Position numbers and translations under genes: made by a program
Shown: positions 60,565-64,000 of the stretch, one piece after another
Layout of the letters: each line of letters begins with the position of its first letter
Position numbering within the stretch: the stretch's first letter is position 1
The notes under the pieces: model-generated
What the model was told of the DNA's origin: nothing
Database searches by the model: none
The model's input: only the letters and a program-made list of their open reading frames with translations
From: Bacteroidota bacterium
GTDB lineage: Bacteria > Bacteroidota > Bacteroidia > Bacteroidales > FEN-979
DNA length: 64,000 bases
Direction of reading: 5' to 3'
NCBI GenBank assembly: GCA_026391775.1
Contig: JAPLDK010000006.1
Span: 2,608 to 66,607, forward strand

Positions 60565-62519
60565 AGAAAATAACTACAATACGTCTGCGCTTCTGGTTAC
60601 CCTTCTCGATTTTTACAACCTTCACCTTATTACTCATTTTCTTCAGCTTCCTGCAATTTCGTGACTTACTCAGTAATCTTGAAGAAAGTATGATTATTTC
60701 ATCGCAGGAAAAGCTGACCCGCATGGGCAACCGGATCGAAAGGTTATACAATAATAATCTCAATTACATGATTGGCGCAGAAATTGCAGATCTAAACATT
60801 TCAAATGATGTTCAATCCATTGTACTTGTTGACGAGAATGGCATAATTCTTAACGCATCCCAGGTTGAATGGGAGGGACAATCTATACGGAAATGCCTTC
60901 CTGCTTTCAATGAATTCATTTTCCACTCCACTCAGCTTAAGAACCGGCAGGAAATCCAAGTATCAGGTGATGGCGACCACATCTTTGTATATGAACCTAT
61001 CTTATTGGAAACCCGCCCAGGGGAAATCAGGCCGATGCGAATTGGCTTACTTTTTGTGGATTACAATTTATCAGAAATCAAATCTGATCAACGTTCAAGT
61101 CTCCTCGTGAGAACCTATACCGTTTGGGGTATCGGTGCGCTGCTGATGATCTTTCTCTATCTTGCCCTTCGTTTTTGGTTGACGAGACCATTTCGCCTTC
61201 TGCAAACAATCATTACCCAATTCGGCAAAGGTAAATACGATGCCAGGATTAATATTATGGGCAATGGAGAACTTGCCGAACTCGGTAATGCTTTTAACCG
61301 GATGGCGGAGGATGTGTCCAATCAAAGAAATGAATTGCAGACCGTATTAGAGTCGAAAACACAGATCGAAAAAGAATTACTGATTGCAAAACACAGGGCT
61401 GAAGAGAGTGACAAGCTGAAATCGGCATTTTTAGCCAACATGTCACACGAAATCCGTACACCAATGAATGGTATTCTGGGTTTTACAGACCTTTTAAAGG
61501 ATAAAAACCTGGCGGATAGCGACCGGGATAAATTCATTACGATAATTCATAATAGTTCACACCAGCTCTTAATGATCATTAATGATATCATCGATATCTC
61601 AAAAATTGAGGCTGGGCAGGAAATGATAAACCCAGAGGATATAAATCTTAATCATACTTTTAACGAACTTTTTTCCTTCTTCCATCCGTATGCTGAAAAA
61701 CGCAATCTGAAGCTGATCCTTTATAAGAAATTACCGGACAATGAATCCTTTATTCGATGCGATTCAGTCAAACTGCGGCAAATCCTTACAAATCTCCTGG
61801 GAAATGCGCTTAAATTTACACCAAACGGAAGTATTCAGTTTGGTTATCATATCGAAGGATCAAACCTGGTTTTTTATGTTGAAGACACTGGTATTGGCGT
61901 AGAACCACAACTTCAAAAATTCATTTTTGATCGTTTCCGGCAGGCTGAGACTACACTCTCCCGAAAATTTGGAGGTACAGGTCTTGGACTTGCAATTTCA
62001 AAGTCATATATCGAAATGATGGGAGGTGAAATTTGGGTTGAATCAAAGCCTGGCCTTGGCAGCCGGTTTGTTTTTACTCTTCCATATTATTCCACATCCT
62101 CAGGATCAACAATCACAAAGCCAAAGGCTGATGACAAATCCCTCTCCATACCAAACTGGAGTGGAAAAAAGCTAATGCTAGTAGAAGACATAGAAGATAA
62201 TGCATTCTTAATAAAACATATATTAAAACCTACAGGGATTTCAGTAATATTAGCTCGTAACGGATTGGAAGCCATTGAACTGCAATCAATAAATTCTGAC
62301 ATTTCGTTGATTTTGATGGATATGAAAATGCCTGAAATGGATGGTTACGAAACAACAAAAAGGCTTAAAACTGTAAAAGGCGATCTTCATATTATTGCTA
62401 CGACAGCATTCGCTCTGGAAGGCGACTGTCAGAAATGCCTGGCTGCAGGCTGCGATGATTACCTGGCCAAACCTATTCGCAGGGACGAACTATTTATGAT
62501 GATAGAAAAATATATGTGA
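60561..62519 (+). CDS. Hybrid sensor histidine kinase: TM - Cache/PDC-like - TM - HAMP - HisKA - HATPase_c - REC
   Basis: Two TM helices flank about 150 aa. HAMP (LTRPFRLLQTIITQFGKGKYDARI), H-box MSHEIRTPMNGI, GGTGLGLAI, and a receiver (LMLVEDIEDN ... ILMDMKMPEMDG ... LAKP). The start overlaps the SBP stop by 4 nt. Confidence 0.9.
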   Translation: MKKITTIRLRFWLPFSIFTTFTLLLIFFSFLQFRDLLSNLEESMIISSQEKLTRMGNRIERLYNNNLNYMIGAEIADLNISNDVQSIVLVDENGIILNASQVEWEGQSIRKCLPAFNEFIFHSTQLKNRQEIQVSGDGDHIFVYEPILLETRPGEIRPMRIGLLFVDYNLSEIKSDQRSSLLVRTYTVWGIGALLMIFLYLALRFWLTRPFRLLQTIITQFGKGKYDARINIMGNGELAELGNAFNRMAEDVSNQRNELQTVLESKTQIEKELLIAKHRAEESDKLKSAFLANMSHEIRTPMNGILGFTDLLKDKNLADSDRDKFITIIHNSSHQLLMIINDIIDISKIEAGQEMINPEDINLNHTFNELFSFFHPYAEKRNLKLILYKKLPDNESFIRCDSVKLRQILTNLLGNALKFTPNGSIQFGYHIEGSNLVFYVEDTGIGVEPQLQKFIFDRFRQAETTLSRKFGGTGLGLAISKSYIEMMGGEIWVESKPGLGSRFVFTLPYYSTSSGSTITKPKADDKSLSIPNWSGKKLMLVEDIEDNAFLIKHILKPTGISVILARNGLEAIELQSINSDISLILMDMKMPEMDGYETTKRLKTVKGDLHIIATTAFALEGDCQKCLAAGCDDYLAKPIRRDELFMMIEKYM

Positions 62520-62562
62520 GCGGTAAATGGGATTCGAACCCACAACCCTCAGCTTGGCAAGC
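62519..62562 (-). pseudogene. 3' fragment (~44 nt) of tRNA-Gly(GCC): anticodon loop through acceptor 3' strand, no 5' half
   Basis: The reverse strand reads GC-TTGCCAA-GCTGA-GGGTT-GTGGG-TTCGAAT-CCCAT-TTACCGC-T. That is anticodon loop (GCC), variable loop, a fully paired T-arm with a canonical TTCGAAT loop, then acceptor and discriminator. The upstream sequence (…GATGTGCCCATAC) cannot form the D-arm, the 5' anticodon stem or the 5' acceptor GCGGTAA. Confidence 0.6.
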
Positions 62563-62746
62563 GTATGGGCACATCTGTACTGGCTTATTTGACGGGCTTT
62601 TTATGACTGGTTTCTTTTTTGGCACATTTTTAGAAACACTTTTTGGCATCTGTTTTCCTCATAATACCAGTAAAATTAGAGACTCGAACCTAAGACATAC
62701 TTTTTCATCTTTAGTTCGAATGGAACCGAACTGGCAGAAAATGAGT

Positions 62747-62766
62747 CCTCCGGTGCTGGCCGGAGG
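62747..62766 (-). terminator. Orphan GC-rich hairpin (terminator-like on the minus strand) in gene-less DNA
   Basis: CCTCCGG-tgctgg-CCGGAGG. On the minus strand it is followed by ACTCATTTTCT. No annotated minus-strand gene lies upstream of it. Confidence 0.3.
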
Positions 62767-62951
62767 AACCATTTAGACCCATCCCAAAATATGATATCGG
62801 GAAATATCGTTCAACAGGATGAAGTTGCAAAGTTGCCGGACAGCGGCGAACCTAAGCGTTGCTGAGGTTTTGCCCTATACATGAAGTTTAAAAATAAATT
62901 GATTTTTTTTAGACCTTGAATTAATAAAGGTTATATTAGATGTCAATTTCA

Positions 62952-62959
62952 TATATTTG
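62952..62959 (+). promoter_or_regulatory. Candidate -7 promoter element TAnnTTTG upstream of the FISUMP gene
   Basis: TATATTTG, with a second match TATGTTTG at 62981-62988. Both are more than 130 nt from ATG 63119, so the assignment is weak. Confidence 0.25.
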
Positions 62960-63118
62960 TGCGTATGCAATTTTCTCAAATATGTTTGAGTTAATAAGTA
63001 CAGGATTACCTGAATAACTCGATTCAAGATACTAATAGTGTGATTCAAGAGAAATTTGTTTATTGATTTATTCCTTCATTTATTATGAAAGCAAATATTC
63101 ACACCTAACACTGGCGTT

Positions 63119-63832
63119 ATGAAGCTGCTTTACAAATTATCCGAGATTGTATTTATTTGTATCCTGTTATTTATTGCCAGTAGTTGCAGTAAACCAAGTG
63201 ACAACAGCAATCCTTTTCCGCCCCTTACAACCGTTACAGATATTGATGGCAATGTATACCATACTATCAAAATAGAAACACAAGTTTGGATGGTTGAAAA
63301 CCTGAAAACTACGAAAGACAATAACGGTAGCTCTATACCACTTGTTACATACGATTCAGTATCGAAAGAAACGCTAACTCCCGCATATTGCTGGTATCAA
63401 AATAACATTGGCTTTAAGGATACTTATGGCGCATTATACAACCGGTATGTAGTTCACACTGGAATATTAGCCCCAGCCGGGTGGCATGTTTCTTCCGATA
63501 ATGAACGGTTAACGCTTTTCGCATATCTTAGTGGGCCATTCCAAGCCGGAGGGCCATTAAAAGAAAAAGACACATTGCGTAGGGCTTCTCCTAATGCTGG
63601 TGCTACAGATGCAAATGGTTTTAAGGCTCTTCCAGATGGATACCGCACGGCGAATTTATTTTCAGGCTCTGCAACCTATAATGGAATACGTAAATCATGC
63701 TGCTTTTGGTCTACTTCTGAATATTCAGCTACTGAAGTTGGTGACTTGGAAATCTACCATGATAAATCAACTGCTTCATTGTACAGCATGTATAAAAACT
63801 GGGGAATATCTGTTCATTGTATAAAAGATTAA
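63119..63832 (+). CDS. FISUMP-domain lipoprotein (Fibrobacter succinogenes major paralogous domain)
   Basis: Lipobox LLFIASSC. VTDIDGNVYHTIKIETQVWMVENLK, YGALYN, APAGWHVSSDNE and CCFWSTSE are hallmarks of TIGR02145-type domains. Confidence 0.75.
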   Translation: MKLLYKLSEIVFICILLFIASSCSKPSDNSNPFPPLTTVTDIDGNVYHTIKIETQVWMVENLKTTKDNNGSSIPLVTYDSVSKETLTPAYCWYQNNIGFKDTYGALYNRYVVHTGILAPAGWHVSSDNERLTLFAYLSGPFQAGGPLKEKDTLRRASPNAGATDANGFKALPDGYRTANLFSGSATYNGIRKSCCFWSTSEYSATEVGDLEIYHDKSTASLYSMYKNWGISVHCIKD

Positions 63833-63868
63833 AACACCTTTAAGATATTAACATCTAATAATTGTATT

Positions 63869-64000
63869 ATGAAAAAAGGAATTATCTCCGTATTCTTTGT
63901 TTTTACAATATTCATTGTAAATGCACAGTCCAAGGTTGACACTCTTACCAATGCAAAAATCATTCAATTATCCAAGATTGGATTGCAATCTTCTGTGATT
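63869..64000 (+). CDS. Secreted hypothetical protein, 5' part only (runs off the right edge)
   Basis: ATG at 63869. MKKGIISVFFVFTIFIVNAQS signal peptide, then KVDTLTNAKIIQLSKIGLQSSVI. Open to the end of the window. Confidence 0.5.
   Translation, partial: MKKGIISVFFVFTIFIVNAQSKVDTLTNAKIIQLSKIGLQSSVI

Noticed and set aside
62678-62690. Second tRNA-like T-loop (minus strand GGTTCGAGTCTCT), considered as another tRNA or second att copy
   Set aside because: The flanks give only a 4-bp stem with a 10-nt loop (TTAG...CTAA). The acceptor would be AT-only and there is no anticodon arm. This is too degenerate to call and may be chance.
62516-62776. 86-aa plus-strand ORF (MSGKWDSNPQPSAWQ...) immediately after the last kinase
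   Set aside because: Its N-terminus is the antisense translation of the tRNA T-arm (the classic ...WDSNP... artefact). The rest is low-complexity Phe/Gly-rich. It overlaps the kinase stop and has no promoter or family signal, so it is treated as spurious.
62520-62880. tmRNA (ssrA) hypothesis for the structured gene-less region containing a tRNA-like 3' end
   Set aside because: The acceptor strand TTACCGC cannot form the G3:U70 Ala-type acceptor. There is no 5' GGGG... partner and no Ala-rich tag reading frame ending in ...ALAA. The anticodon loop TTGCCAA points to an ordinary tRNA-Gly fragment.

Overview
This 64-kb chromosomal segment looks like an anaerobic Bacteroidota genome. The taxonomic call is inference from a short 287-aa primary sigma factor, recurrent TAnnTTTG -7 promoter motifs just upstream of genes, and CarboxypepD_reg / FISUMP / DUF5916-type envelope proteins. 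About 60 tightly packed genes are present. Most are housekeeping: recR, glmM, aroE, rpsO-pnp, rpoD, rpe, ligA, mtaB, arcC. The rest are envelope or glycan genes: a GH53 galactanase, an arnT/arnB/arnC-like trio, and an ECF sigma operon. I saw no rRNA, intact tRNA, CRISPR array, transposase or integrase. Four loci stand out. (1) A hydG operon in which two divergent TM1266-type ACT-like small proteins bracket a membrane HisKA_2 sensor kinase, with no hydE/hydF/hydA in the window. (2) A 12-kb uninterrupted run of five sensor kinases (two hybrid) plus a periplasmic binding protein, carrying three receiver domains but no Hpt or DNA-binding output. (3) A 3' fragment of tRNA-Gly(GCC) abutting the last kinase stop codon, followed by about 600 bp of AT-rich gene-less DNA, which is probably an att scar or island border. 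(4) A secreted double-retropepsin protease translationally coupled to a 4xCBM48 protein. All family assignments come from motif recognition by eye. No database search, HMM or folding computation was run.
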